The notes: generated by a model from the letters alone, not told the origin. Shown: positions 48,318-60,945, counted from the first letter of the whole stretch. The stretch: DNA of 63,573 bases, filler included, from Reclinomonas americana ATCC 50394 (GCA_048213135.1; 35 parts of 35 records of this genome joined end to end with filler, not necessarily neighbours in it); one strand, 5' to 3'. Numbers and translations: made by a program.

Positions 48318-50012
48318 GCGCGGTCTCTGCTGCCGACACGCCACCACCGCCGCCACCATCGACACGATTGGCGAACAGTCGCGATCCCCGCAGCGTGGTG
48401 CTTGAACTCCCAGCAGCATACAACGCACCGCCCCACAACTGTGCCCGACCACCACTCAGTGTGCTACTCACGTGTCAAACCACGTCCCCAGTCCCTGCGT
48501 GGTCACATGTCCATCGGAGGTGGCCGCCAAGTTCCTCTGGAACTGGATTGTGGACGATGTAACGTAGGCTGATTGTGAGACGTATATGCCGCCTCCGGCC
48601 AGCGTGGCATTGTTGGCAAACATGGTGCAGTTGGCAAGAGTGATCAATGACAGGCCATCAGCGTACACGCCGCCACCATCTGCCGTCGCCTGATTGTTGC
48701 TGATAGACGTGTCCGTCAGCGTATGATTGCTGTTCTGATCGGTGAACATGCCACTACCGAATGGGGCAAAGTTGCCGACGATGAAGGCAAGACGAGGACA
48801 GCAGGTCGGCAAAGAAGCCACCACCAAAGTGAAACGCCTTGTTGTTCTGCACACTGGAACTACCCGACAAGGCAAGAAAGGCGCTGGCGGTAAGAAATAC
48901 GTCGCCACCGCTAAAGGCCTGATTGCCGTCCACAACCGATTGCGATTGAATCTGCAAGTGCACTTGTTCGGCACGCACTGCGATGCCGCCACCATACAGT
49001 GCAAAGTTGCTGGAGACTGTGGCGTTGCTGATTGTGGCTGTGGTGGCCACCTCATTCAGCAATACTCCACCGCCATAGCCGCTTGGCGATAAGTTGGAAG
49101 TGACGAAAGAGTCCACGATCTTGCAGCCTTGTCCACTCATGGCCACACCACCGCCACCAGTATAACGGGCGACGTTTCTTGTAACTTGAGAACCAGCGAG
49201 GAGAGACTGCGTTCCCACCAGCGCACCGCCACCAGTAACGAGCTCGCCAGACACTGAGTTGCTTGAGATGAAACAGCCAGTGGCCGAGCTCGACGCGTCG
49301 AGCAGCATCGCACCGCCTCCGTGAGAGCGACCAGCAATGACGAGCGGCACCGACGATTGCACGGAGTTGCCAGTCAAGGTTGACGAGGAAACCGCGGCGC
49401 CGTCGACGGCGAGCAGCGCACCGCCACCGCAGAAGCTGCCGGAGGAAAATAGTGCATTTCCAGCACCAGCATCCTCCACGCGGTTGTCGACAAACTGAGA
49501 CCCGGAGAGTGATGATGGCGATTTCACCAGCAGCACGGCACCGCCGCCGTTGTGGTTGCTGCCTTGCCCGTTGAGGGTGTTGCTAAGGCCGCCCACACCG
49601 TCACCGAGAGATCGGTTGCCTATGAATGTGCAATCGGTAACATTGAATGCGCCCTGAGAGCGAAGAAATGAATGGTGAGTGAGTGGATTGGTGAAGGGTG
49701 AAGCGAAACTGGTGCAACTGTCGATGTCGACGGTGCCGCTCCACCACCGTTGAAACCGCCAAAGGAGGCACCAATTGTGCTGTTGAAGCCACCAGCTCCG
49801 TTGTGCGACGATGTGTTGTTGAGAAATCGCGACTGGCTGAGCGCCTGCAAAGTGGGGGTGAGAGACTCTGCAACGGAGGACGCACTCGATGACAAGTGAG
49901 CGAACCAGCGCGGATGCAGAGTTTGGGGCAAAGAAGACCAGCAGAGCGCCTCCACCGGAGAATGTTGAAAGGCTGCTTCCCGATGAAGTGTTCCCGCTGC
50001 CTCCATTGCCTA
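48318..50012 (-). CDS. Pmp-like (GGA[ILV]/FxxN) parallel beta-helix repeat protein, internal fragment with introns and apparent frameshifts
   Basis: Many GGGA(V/L)L, F..N and N.A..GGGIY repeats; two intron-like interruptions near 49650-49720 and 49850-49890. Confidence 0.75.
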
Positions 50013-50242
50013 TGTCAAAGATGAGCAGAAGTACAGGGTAATGCTTTACGTGCATGATGAGAGTGAGGATCACCATTGCCNNNNNNNNNNNNNNNNNNNN
50101 NNNNNNNNNNNNNNNNNNNNNNNNTTAATTAATTAANNNNNNNNNNNNNNNNNNNNNNNNNNNNNNNNNNNNNNNNNNNNTCCTTCCCACTCTCTCTTTC
50201 TGTGTGCGCTCACCCTCTCTCTCTCTCTCTCTTTCCTCTCAG

Positions 50243-51234
50243 AGTTGGCAGAGCGAGTGCGACGCGGCGAGGCTCCCCCTCCCGAGTACGTCAACAACCC
50301 GGAATTGCTCAATCTGCTCATTGGCGGCGACTTTGCACGCATGCGTGAGGATCTGCGCACAGCACTCAAGGTCGACTCGACGCCCACAGAGGAGCAAGTT
50401 GCGTATATGTGTGTGTGCATGTGTGGAGGAGAATGGGGGGGGGGGGGGGGGGTCGGTGGTGGGGGTCGACTGATGATGACGTGTTCCGACACAGCGATTG
50501 GCGGCGTTGGAGGACTTGGAGATGCGCGTGGAGCAGGTCGACAACGCGAATGACTTTCCCAAGGTGCGTTCATTGTGTATGTTTCTTCATTGTTGCTTGG
50601 TGCTCACTTTTGGTGCGCAGCTGGACGGCATTGCTCAAATGATCCGATTGCTGGAGGCGGCCGACGAGGACGATGAGATCAAGGCCGCTGCTGCGCGTGT
50701 GCTCTCCACGGCGGCGCAAAACAATCCCGACTTTTCACTGCAGGTGAGTGGCGCGCCACTCGTGTTTTGTCGGCGTGACAAAAGCACTGACGATCGATGT
50801 GTGTTAGGCCATTGATGCGCAGGCGTTGGATGCGTTGGCCTCGCTGCTCGCCGTGTCGGAGTCGTCGGAGACCATCTTGGCGGCGCTGGGGGCGTTTACG
50901 TGCATATCGCAGGGCACGCCGGCGGGTGATCAAGTGGCTCGTCGACTGCACTCTCGCTACTTTTTGCGACTGGCCGAGTGTGCGCGCCGGTGGCCGCGTG
51001 TCGCCGCCAAGTTGGCCTACAGCATGCAGGCGCACATGATGAATGACGACGGTGTGCTGCCGGAGGTGCTGTGTGAGGCCGGCACGCTAGGACGCCTGGC
51101 GGCGGTGTTGGTCGGTGCCGGCGAATTGGATGCAACGCTGACCGAGCGGTTCGTGCTTCTGGTGCTGTGGATGTTGCGACGTGGTGGTGCGGGCGTGACG
51201 GCATTGGTGGCCAGCGAGTGCGGCGACGTTTTGC
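50243..51234 (+). CDS. Hsp70 nucleotide-exchange factor, Fes1/HspBP1/SIL1 family, internal multi-exon fragment
   Basis: ALEDLEMRVEQVDNANDF.K/LDGI..., AARVLSTAAQNNP. Confidence 0.85.
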
Positions 51235-51390
51235 NNNNNNNNNNNNNNNNNNNNNNNNNNNNNNNNNNNNNNNNNNNNTTAATTAATTAANNNNNNNNNN
51301 NNNNNNNNNNNNNNNNNNNNNNNNNNNNNNNNNNGCGTCCCTCTGCAAGTATACGAGCATCTCACAGTCGCTGCATCGTTGCGCTTGTAG

Positions 51391-51774
51391 GCGCCAGAGT
51401 CGCAGCCGAATCCGCTGGAGAAGCGTGAGGAGCGCAAGTGCAAGTGGCATTTCGCTTCTGATGTGTGGAGTGCCGGCATCGTGACTGCCGAGGCAATTCT
51501 TGGCCGCCGAATTCGCGATATGGATATTGACGACGATGCGTGCTTCAGGAACAGCTGTCGCATGCGAAAGTGGCTGCTGGGGCGACTGCGGGAGCATACG
51601 CGCCGGATGTCATCATCGTCACAGCAGACCCAGTGGCAACGCCGTCGACTCAACGAAGCTGTCGACTTGGTGAGGCAGCTCTTGACGGTGGATCCGAAGC
51701 GGCGTCCGACGGCAGCCAAGGCGCTGGGGCATCGGTTCTTCGCCTTTGCAGTGGATCCAAATGGCTGCCAGTGA
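51391..51774 (+). CDS. Ser/Thr protein kinase, terminal exon (subdomains VIII-XI)
   Basis: After the TAG acceptor at 51390: APE..., SDVWSAG, DLVRQLLTVDPKRRPTAAKALGHRFF. Confidence 0.85.
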   Translation, partial: APESQPNPLEKREERKCKWHFASDVWSAGIVTAEAILGRRIRDMDIDDDACFRNSCRMRKWLLGRLREHTRRMSSSSQQTQWQRRRLNEAVDLVRQLLTVDPKRRPTAAKALGHRFFAFAVDPNGCQ

Positions 51775-51975
51775 GTTTTGCGGGCACAGCATTCACTTGC
51801 AATCAAGAGTGTAAACGACCATGATGACCACACATTCGTATGACCATCACTTAAAGGCCATGCATCTGGGCCATCACCTCGTCAGACTGTATGATGCACA
51901 GACGGAAGAAAACAACCAGAAACACAGTCCGACAACAGCCACGACCAAATGATCTCCGCCAACTACGTACGCCCT

Positions 51976-53094
51976 TTATAAGTCGGAGAAGAAATTGCTC
52001 TTCACGCTCGACCAGTTCTTTTGCGGCCGTCGCCGTGCCGCCGAGTCGTCATCGTGCGATGACGAAGCTGCAGCTGCGGCTGCGTCTACCTGTACTGCTG
52101 ATCCGTCGTCACCACCAGATTCTCCTCCCGCAAACGCGTCGGCTCCCGAAGCCGAGGCGGGCTCATCACCACTGGCCTCCGCAGCTGCTGCTGCCGAGGC
52201 CTCTGCCGAAGCATACACGTCCGTAATGTCCCAGAAGCGCACCGTGCGGTCGTGCGAAGCACTCGCGACCCACTGTCGGTCGTGTGACAGCGCCAGTGCC
52301 TCCACGGGAAACTCGTTGTGCTCACCGGCAATGCCAAGCACTCGATTCGGGAAGAGCGAGACCACTCTGCATGTGCTCATGAGTACGTGCGTGTATGCGT
52401 GTGCGCACCAAGAGGTGTGAGCCAGCGACCTACCTTATCAAACCATCGCTGCAGCCTGTGCACAAGTAGCGGTCCGTGAGTGCCACCATGGCGTCCACAG
52501 AGCCAGGATGTCCCTGCATTTGATCGATTGGCAGGCCCCACTCGTTCCAGCGGAATATGTACAGATTGCCACTTTGCGACGAGCACACGACATTGCTGCC
52601 GGCCTGCGACAACAACAAGAGTCGGTTACTCGCACACACCGCTCACGACGCGGCACACAAACCGATGCCAACTCGATGGACAGGAAGTCGTCGTCGGATG
52701 AGTGTGAGCCGTTGATGAAGCGCTGCGTTTTGAGATCGTACGCGGTCAGACAGCCGTCGCCACTCGAGCTGATCGCCACGCATGAGGTGCAACAAAGAGA
52801 AAAAAACAGAGGTGCGCAGCGAAGCACGCACCACACCAACACTCCTTCTTCTGGATTGTACCGCAAGCCAGAGACGTAGTCGCCGTTCTGTTTGAATCGC
52901 ATGGCATACCCGCTCTGCATCCCCGCCGTGCGTGGATCAATCAACAGCCAAGGGAGCACGACGAAAGCAGTGGGGGAAAAGACTGCCTACCTGCCGCATG
53001 TCCCACACTTTGATCTCGCCTCGATCGTCACCCGAGGCCACCGCAAAGTCCTCGCAGAACTCCAGCACATTGACTGCCTCCTTGTGTGCTTTGC
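51976..53094 (-). CDS. WDR55: WD repeat protein 55 (Jip5-like), 5'-partial, multi-exon
   Basis: SGDGCL, GHPGSVDAM, CTGCSDGLIR/VVSLFPNRVLG..GEH.EFPVE.L..SHD..W.ASASHD, acidic linker, terminal NFFSDL. Confidence 0.85.
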
Positions 53095-53236
53095 NNNNNN
53101 NNNNNNNNNNNNNNNNNNNNNNNNNNNNNNNNNNNNNNTTAATTAATTAANNNNNNNNNNNNNNNNNNNNNNNNNNNNNNNNNNNNNNNNNNNNGATTTC
53201 AATGTCCTGTACGTGCACTCACAATCAGCATCACTC

Positions 53237-54491
53237 ATGTTTGACGAGCCAAAGCCCCTGGGGTTCTCCTTTGAGAACTGCAAGCGCAATGCGCTGTTGG
53301 CCTCACGCGGCATTGTCGTGGGCGCTGGCAGTGGCAGCGGCAGTGCCACTGGCCCTGTCATGCGCAAGACCGGCACCACCATTGTCGGTGTCATCTACAA
53401 GGTGAACACAGCAGCAGCAGCGAGGCACAGAGGAGAAGAGGAAGGAAGGAGGGAGGCAGAAGAGGGAAAGGGCGCGCGCGCGTGTGTGTGTGAGATGGCG
53501 CGCAAATTGGGTTTACACGCACAGAGAGAGACAACACCGCCACTTGCATGAACACACACGCACGCACTTGTTGTCTCAGTGCACTCGCACGGCTTGCTCA
53601 TGTCGCCTTGCGTGTGCATGGCAACACACAAAAGTTGTCTCCTGTGTGTGAATTTGATCATTTGTGTCTTTCACATGCTCTCTCTCGCTCACCCACTCTG
53701 TCACTCACTCACGCACAGGATGGCGTCGTGCTTGGAGCCGACACGCGCGCCACGGAGGGCCCCATTGTGGCCGACAAGAACTGCAAGAAGATCCACTATT
53801 TGGCGCCCAACATCTACTGCTGCGGCGCCGGCACGGCCGCCGACACGGAGAACACCACCGACTTGATCTCGTCGCAGCTGACGTTGCACCGACTGACCAC
53901 CAACAAGGAGTCACGCGTGTCCACGGCCTGCACGCTGCTCAAGCGCATGCTGTTCAACTACCAGGGGCACGTCAGTGCGGCGCTGGTGCTCGGCGGTGTC
54001 GATGTCAAGGGACCGCACTTGTACTCGATTCACCCGCACGGCTCGGTGGATGCGTTGCCGTACGTGACCATGGGCTCGGGCTCGTTGGCGGCCATGGCGG
54101 TCTTCGAGGCCGGCTACAGGATGGATATGGCGGAGCAGGAGGCGATTGACTTGGTGCACCAGGCCATTAGCTCCGGCATCTTCAACGATCTCGGCTCCGG
54201 CTCCAATGTCGACGTCTGCGTCATCACCAAGGTCGGTGTTGGGAGACAGCTCTCGCACGTGCAATGAGAGTGCTCATTGTCTGTGTTTTCGCGATGCAGG
54301 GCGACGTCAAGTACCTGCGTGGGTACGACAAGCCGAACGGCGACCAGGTGCACGTGCCACGCATTGGCAACTACGTGTACCCGCGCGGTGCGACGCCAGT
54401 GTTGACAAAGAGGACGGAGTCGGTGCGGCCGCCCATCCCTGCGGGCATGGCGCTGGAAGTAGAGGATGGTCCAGCACCGATGGACTTGTGA
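53237..54491 (+). CDS. PSMB7: 20S proteasome subunit beta-2 (PSMB7/Pup1); exons 53237-53401, 53719-54231, 54300-54491
   Basis: [10 protein letters not shown] propeptide, KTG/TTIVG catalytic Thr, [50 protein letters not shown]. Confidence 0.97.
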
Positions 54492-54849
54492 GGGAGAGAG
54501 TGAGAGAGAGAGAATGGGGAAGGGGATCTGCTGTCGTGATGCTGTTATCGTTGTTGTTGTTGGCGAAGAGAGACGGGAGAGTGTGAACGCAATGAACGTC
54601 GGGACGGAAGCAAGTTGTCATTTGTTTGTGTTTGCATGCTCGGGGAGAGCGACGAGGGTTTTGCGTTTGATGACGAGCTCTTTGGTGGCGGTAGCAGCGG
54701 CAGCACACAGCGTCCTCAGTTGCGTCGAGAAACGGCGGAGGGAGAGAGACACTGAGACTCACACGCAACTGCATGCAGCGGCGAACTGCCAGTGCCCCAT
54801 GCAGCTCCCTACACAGCGGTGACGGTGGCGCCCGAGGTTCGCGCATGCA

Positions 54850-54940
<91 letters not shown>

Positions 54941-55051
54941 GTCGTCCGTCCNNNNNNNNNNNNNNNNNNNNNNNNNNNNNNNNNNNNNNNNNNNNTTAAT
55001 TAATTAANNNNNNNNNNNNNNNNNNNNNNNNNNNNNNNNNNNNNNNNNNNN

Positions 55052-56694
55052 GCCGCCTCTCTGGCCGCCAGCTTGTGGCCGTACACTGGCGTGTCGATTG
55101 CGCCACCGTTGCCGCTGAAAATACTGTGACCATCCAGAGAATCACTCATCTCCCGCGCCAGCCAGCCGTCTTCGACGCACGGTGCGGTCGAGTCGGTTGG
55201 ACTCAACGGTTCTAGCTTGGCAAAGTGCGACAGCTTGTTGCGCACCGGCGGCGGCAACTGCGACGCAGATCGCCCTCCGTGGCCACCACCACTCGTCATT
55301 CGCTTCTCGCTCGCCAAACGACCAATCATCGCCAGCTGAGCAGCGGTGGGCGACAGCACCACCGACGACAGAGGCGACATTGACGAGGAGGAAGGTGACA
55401 CGGCCGTGGCGGGAGGCGGCGAGGTGACAGAGCCTGCGATTGACGACGTTGGCGATATCGGTTGCATGGAGCGTCCGCGATTGCGCATCACTCGCTCCTC
55501 CGCGCTCTGACCCAACAGCTGCAGTGCGTGTTTCACGCTTCCTGTGCCCCCCGCAGTGTCGTCGTACAGTGGTGCGCTGACGGGTTTCACCACAGTCGAC
55601 CACGTCATCGGTTGTAGCAGGTGCACCGTGGCCGCGGAGCGCGCGCCACCGCTCACAGTCGACGAGGAGGCGGCGTACGACGAGGATGCGTTCGTAAACG
55701 ACGATGATGCAGGCCGGCGACCCGACAGCATTGCCGATGAGTAGCCAGACAGAGAGCTGCGTGCCGAGTTCCCGCTGCTGCCGTGAACGCAAGCACAACC
55801 AATCCGTAACATGAGCATTTGCGGAATACACCACCACGCGCTTCTGGCACCTTGACGCAACTCACGAGCCGATATCCGCGCCGGCTCTGCACGCACTGAC
55901 GGCGGTCGCCAGTCGGCGGCCGTCTCGAGCGGAGCCAGCGGCGACTGCACAGGTGCGTACAGGAGCTGACCTGGGGGCGGCGCCCCCACCGACCGCAAAA
56001 CGTCATGGTGGCGCTCCACAAACGGACGCAACAAGCCGCCACTGGGCGGACGCGGTGGCAGCCACGACATTGTGCGACCGTCTCTGTCATACACACACAC
56101 ACACACCAACAGCATCATCAGCACCGTGGGCACGCCGCGACACGTCGAGTCGTGAACATTGCGCAACTCTTGCGACGCCGGTGCTGCATGTTGAGGAGGC
56201 GCCTGGTCTTCACCAGCACTCCGTTCTTGCTCGGCGGCTGTGGGCGTCGGACCGCGCCGTCGCAAGAAGCGCGCGTACGACGGCCGCACAGACACCGCTC
56301 CACCAGCAGCACCACTTGCACTGGAGGTGGAGCCAGAGCGCGGACGAATCGGACTAACACTCGCCTTTTGATGGTGATGCCGATGAGGCGTGCGACTCTG
56401 CACCGCACTGCCCGCACGCTCCAACGGCGGCGGCATCGACACGGCAGAGCGCGAGGCCAGTGGCGACGTCACGACTAACAGATCCTCTTCATCGGCCACC
56501 TGCGCGAACGAGGAAGGGTCAGCGCACACGAACATCTTGTTGTGTAGTAAGGTTCCACAAACCGGGTTCGACGAGGACACCAGAACGTCTTTTGGTCTGC
56601 GGTCGCGCGTTGCTCGCGGATGCACAAATGCCACTGGCGCGGCGGTGGCGGGCGGCGTCGACGATGATGTTGGTGTTGTTCGATATGTTCTCAT
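55052..56694 (-). CDS. Ser/Pro-rich low-complexity hypothetical protein, 3'-partial
   Basis: Long open frame with likely in-frame introns (e.g. 56084-56167); no recognised domain. Confidence 0.5.
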
Positions 56695-56752
56695 CTGCGC
56701 ATCTCACAATCACCACCGGGAATATGCACACTCTCACACACACACATTCACG

Positions 56753-56784
<32 letters not shown>

Positions 56785-56909
56785 GCATGTGTGTGCACGT
56801 GTGTGTGTCNNNNNNNNNNNNNNNNNNNNNNNNNNNNNNNNNNNNNNNNNNNNTTAATTAATTAANNNNNNNNNNNNNNNNNNNNNNNNNNNNNNNNNNN
56901 NNNNNNNNN

Positions 56910-57427
56910 ATGGTGTGCGGGGTGAATCGCTGGGGCGACTGCGCGAAGTACTCGTCCACCTTGTCGGCGGCCATTCCGGAGAGCAGCGCCTTGCCGAGGC
57001 CCGTGGCGTGCAGGGGCCCGGTGCGACCGGCCATGGCGAACGACTTGGGGGCGAGCGCTCCCTCGAAGTTGCAGAGGTAGGTGAAGGAGAAGCCGCTGAG
57101 CTCGGCGACGTTCACGCCGATCTCGATCTTCCGGGCGAGGTTCTGCGCGATCTGCCGCGATGCGCGGAAGATCGGCGACCCGTTCAGGGCGATCGTGCCG
57201 AGCGAGACCGCCGCGGGTCCGAGGCGGTAGAGGCCCGTGCGGCCGTCCTGGATCACGAACTTCATTCGATCGAGGGCGGACATCATGCGCGAGACCGTGG
57301 ACTGGCCGAGTCCGGTGAGAGTGCACAGCTCCGAGACCCTCAGTTCACCCGACTCCTCGGTGAAGCAGGCGAGCAAGGACATCGCCCGTTCGACGGTCTG
57401 GGTGCCGCCCACCGATTCCGATGCCAT
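56910..57427 (-). CDS. IclR family transcriptional regulator, 3'-partial, actinobacterial
   Basis: QTVERAMSLL..F, GLGQSTVSRMM HTH, YRLGP, PLHATGLGKALL; GGAGGAG RBS. Confidence 0.93.
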
Positions 57428-57535
57428 CGTGACTCCTCCTCCATACGGTCGCCGCTCTGCGACGCTGCGGCTCGTCACCGCTGCCAGTCATCCTAATGAG
57501 AGAAATGGCGGCGAGCAACACAAATGTGGGTGTCT

Positions 57536-57571
57536 TATGCATTTTGTGGATTTCGCATCCGCAATGTGGTT
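57536..57571. promoter_or_regulatory. AT-richer divergent promoter region with imperfect palindrome ATCCGCAATGTGGTT, possible IclR operator
   Basis: Lies between the divergent iclR and permease genes; operator role is inference. Confidence 0.3.
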
Positions 57572-57655
57572 GACTGGCGGCACGTCGACGTCGACGACTG
57601 TGACGACGACGCGCAGGGCCCCGTCCGGGGTCGTCCCTACTGGAAAGCGACTGCA

Positions 57656-58588
57656 ATGCAACAAGCCATCCTCGAGCGGCCCGCGAAGAGCGAGCAGGTC
57701 GAGCCACGTTCCGGGCGGCGCTCCACGCTGGGCGCGAAGGACCGCACCTTCGGTTTCATGATCGCACTTCCCGCGGTCCTCCTGTTCCTCGTGATCGCGA
57801 TCTTCCCCCTCGTGTCGAGCATCGGCACCAGCCTCTACGATCAGTCCCTGCTGCGCCCGGAGCGCACATTCGTGGGGCTGGGCAACTACGCCGCGATCTG
57901 GGACGAGTTCTTCGCCCGCCTCGGCACGACGCTGGTCTTCGCCTCGCTGTCCACCGTCTTCCCGCTCGTGCTCGGCGTCGCCCTCGCATTGCTGCTCAAT
58001 GCACGCCTGCGCGGGCGGAACATCCTGCGCGGCGCCCTGATGCTGCCGTGGCTGCTCCCCGGCGTCGTCGTCTCCTTCCTCTGGGCGTGGATCTTCAACG
58101 ACAGCTACGGCGTCGTCAACCACGTGCTCGCGATCCTCGGGATGCCGGAGGTCAGCATGCTCGGCAACCCGGTCGGTGCGATGGCCGCGGTGGTCATCGC
58201 CAAGACCTGGCACTCGTTCCCCTGGATCATGGTCGTCGCACTCGCCGTGCTCCAGACGCTGCCGAGCGAGCAGATCGAGGCGGCCACGATCGACGGTGCG
58301 ACACGTGCGCAGCGCTTCCGGTACATCTCCCTGCCGCACATCGCCGGCCCGGTCACCCTCGTCGCGGTCCTCGAGTTCATCTACAACTTCGGCAACTTCG
58401 ACACGATCTTCGTCATGACCGGGGGTGGCCCTGGCAACTCGACCACGACACTCGCGGTCAGCCTCTACCACCTGGCCTTCGGCAGCTACGAGCTCGGGAA
58501 GGCCTCCGCGATGGGCGCCCTCTGGCTCGTCCTCCTCGCCATCATCTCGAGCGGCTACCTGCTCCTCAACCGACGACTGGAGAAGTGA
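57656..58588 (+). CDS. Carbohydrate ABC transporter permease (MalF-like)
   Basis: FVGLGNY, LPWLLP.VV, EAATIDGA...QRFRYISLP (EAA motif), MTGGGPG. Confidence 0.95.
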   Translation: MQQAILERPAKSEQVEPRSGRRSTLGAKDRTFGFMIALPAVLLFLVIAIFPLVSSIGTSLYDQSLLRPERTFVGLGNYAAIWDEFFARLGTTLVFASLSTVFPLVLGVALALLLNARLRGRNILRGALMLPWLLPGVVVSFLWAWIFNDSYGVVNHVLAILGMPEVSMLGNPVGAMAAVVIAKTWHSFPWIMVVALAVLQTLPSEQIEAATIDGATRAQRFRYISLPHIAGPVTLVAVLEFIYNFGNFDTIFVMTGGGPGNSTTTLAVSLYHLAFGSYELGKASAMGALWLVLLAIISSGYLLLNRRLEK

Positions 58589-58665
58589 TGCGCCGTTCCC
58601 GCGACATCGGTGAGTCGATCATCCGCCCCCACCTGTCCATCCCCGGGCGCGTCCTGCTCCTGCTG
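58588..58665 (+). CDS. Start of the next gene, probably the second ABC permease (TGATG overlap), 3'-partial
   Basis: Its ATG overlaps the upstream stop; typical operon order. Confidence 0.6.
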
Positions 58666-58765
58666 NNNNNNNNNNNNNNNNNNNNNNNNNNNNNNNNNNN
58701 NNNNNNNNNTTAATTAATTAANNNNNNNNNNNNNNNNNNNNNNNNNNNNNNNNNNNNNNNNNNNN

Positions 58766-59827
58766 CGCCGTCGACTCGTCATGTCCACTGGTGGCGCACA
58801 CAAGATTCGGCTGCTGCTCCGCCACGTACTCCATCATCCGCCCTCCGCCCTCCACCGAGTGCCGGAAGCAAGTGCCAACGCTCGTGCTGCGCAGCGTCAG
58901 CTGCTCCGGATCCCGGCGCACCAACTCGGCTACTGCCGCAAGCCGTCCGAGCCCACAAGCCATGTGGATGGGAGCGACGCCGCGGCGGTCGGTGGTGTGC
59001 ACGCGCAACATTTCCGGGAACCGGTCGGCCAGCTCGCACACCAGCTCCAGGCAGTCGCCAGTGACGGCAGCGTGCAGCGCAGTGAGGTTTTCGGCTGACC
59101 GCAGCTCCAGCACGTGCGGACACTCACGCAGGAGCCACCGCACCACGTCCGTCTTGCCATAGTTGACAGCGATCTGCGCGGGTGGCATGCTGCACTCGTT
59201 GCCAATGTCCAACAGCGTCGGGTCCGCACGAAACAGCGCCTGTGCCACGGCCAGCGTCGAATGTGCCATGGCCACGTGCATCACCGAGCGCCCATCCTCT
59301 TGAATGGTCGACAGAAGCGCCGGGCATTGCGCCACCAGCCACTCGACCAGCTCCACGCTCGACGAATGCGCCGCCGCATGCAGCAACGTCTGCCCATCAC
59401 TGACCGTATGCTCCACCGACACCCACTGCGGCCGCACCTCCGCCAACCGCCTCGCCACCTCCAACTGACCGCAAAAGCACGCGACATGCATCACCGACGC
59501 GCCTCCGCTCGCCATTCGCACCTCCAACAACGACTCCGCATGCTCACGCAACAGCCACTCCACCACCTCCAACTGCCCCGCCATCGCCGCCACATGCAAC
59601 ACCGTGTGCCTCTGCGCGCTCTCATCGCGCATCAACACCGCCTCCGGCCGCTGCGCCACCAACCACTGCAGCAGCGGCAAGTGACCGCGTTTTGCACACA
59701 CATGCGTCAGAGGCGACGAGGCCGAGGCGCGGATGGCAAACACGTCGCATTCCAGGGCAGCTTCCTGCAACTGCGCGAGGTCGCCAGAGAGAGCGGCACT
59801 CACCGCGCGCTCTTCTGCAGCGGCCAT
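58766..59827 (-). CDS. Ankyrin-repeat protein, 3'-partial, intronless in this segment
   Basis: About 9 repeats: HTVLHVAAMAGQLEVVEWL, SVMHVACFCGQLEV, TLLHAAA, TALHAAV, APIHMACGLG. Confidence 0.9.
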
Positions 59828-60016
59828 CCGGACAAACAGGATTGTTCACGCGTTGTGCGAGAAAAGACGAACTTGTCCGCGCAGTTGCCAGGGACAGCAA
59901 GCCAACGAGAGTCCACGTGTGCACAACACCAGAACAAAAGGCCGCGAAGACGACGACGGGGTAGAGCAGTCAACGAAATCCATTGATTGTGTGTGATTGT
60001 CTTTTATTTGTTTGTA

Positions 60017-60480
60017 ATGAGTGGCTCAGAGTCCTCGTCGCCACCTGCTGCTCTCGGTGGCAGTGGTGGTGATGTTGGCGGGTCTCCGTCCTCTGCGTCC
60101 TCTCCATCGGCGTCTTCTGTGGTGCTGGAACCGGCGATGGATGTGGTCGCGCGTCGTCTCATGCGCTTTTGTGCGAAGAATGGCGTGGAGGTGTTGAACG
60201 CAGGTAGAGAGACAAGACAGGGAGGGAGGGAGGGAGGGAGAGAGTGTGTATGTGTGTGAGAGAGAGAGAGCATTGCGTGTGCGTCTTGTGTGTGATGATT
60301 GCGCTGTTGTGATCCGTTATATATGTGTGTGCGCGCCAACTCCACACACTCACGCTCTGCCTATGTGCAGCGGATGTGGAGTACGCGACACACATGCACG
60401 TGGTGCAACTGGACCAGGAGAGCAAGGCGCGCGCCAAGGCTTCCTCGTACAAGCAGATCCCCAGGTTTTTTCGCAAAAAG
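60017..60480 (+). CDS. First exons of a possible PP2A B'' gamma (PPP2R3C/TON2)-like protein
   Basis: Spliced ...SSYKQIPRFFRK resembles the YK.IPRFY motif; only a short match. Confidence 0.4.
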
Positions 60481-60647
60481 GTCACTCTCCCTCTTTCTCG
60501 CACACACACTTTTCCTCTCTCNNNNNNNNNNNNNNNNNNNNNNNNNNNNNNNNNNNNNNNNNNNNTTAATTAATTAANNNNNNNNNNNNNNNNNNNNNNN
60601 NNNNNNNNNNNNNNNNNNNNNCGTGTGTGTGTGTGTGTGCGTGACTG

Positions 60648-60684
<37 letters not shown>

Positions 60685-60945
60685 GCGCACACACACATGA
60701 GATGCACATGCGGAGTATTGCAATCATCAATCATGCATGCACACACATGCAACCTCACCCCTCTCTCTCACACACACACTCACTCGCCCTCCTCTCCACC
60801 ATCACACACAGAGAGAGCACGAGACAAGAGCACACAAGTCACCTTCCCTCACACCACGCGACATGCCAAACACACACACGCACGCACGCACTCCATCTCC
60901 CTCTCTCCAGCGAGTTGACTTGTGGGCATGCCACACACACTCACC

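Noticed and set aside
53237..54491. Alternative genetic code or stop-codon readthrough in the eukaryote
   Set aside because: Conserved genes translate cleanly with the standard code once introns are removed, and TGA and TAA both serve as stops.
57488..58471. Long antisense ORFs over bacterial and other GC-rich genes (also 5638-6276, 62762-63547, 59114-59986)
   Set aside because: Shadow ORFs expected from high GC3 on the opposite strand of well-supported genes.
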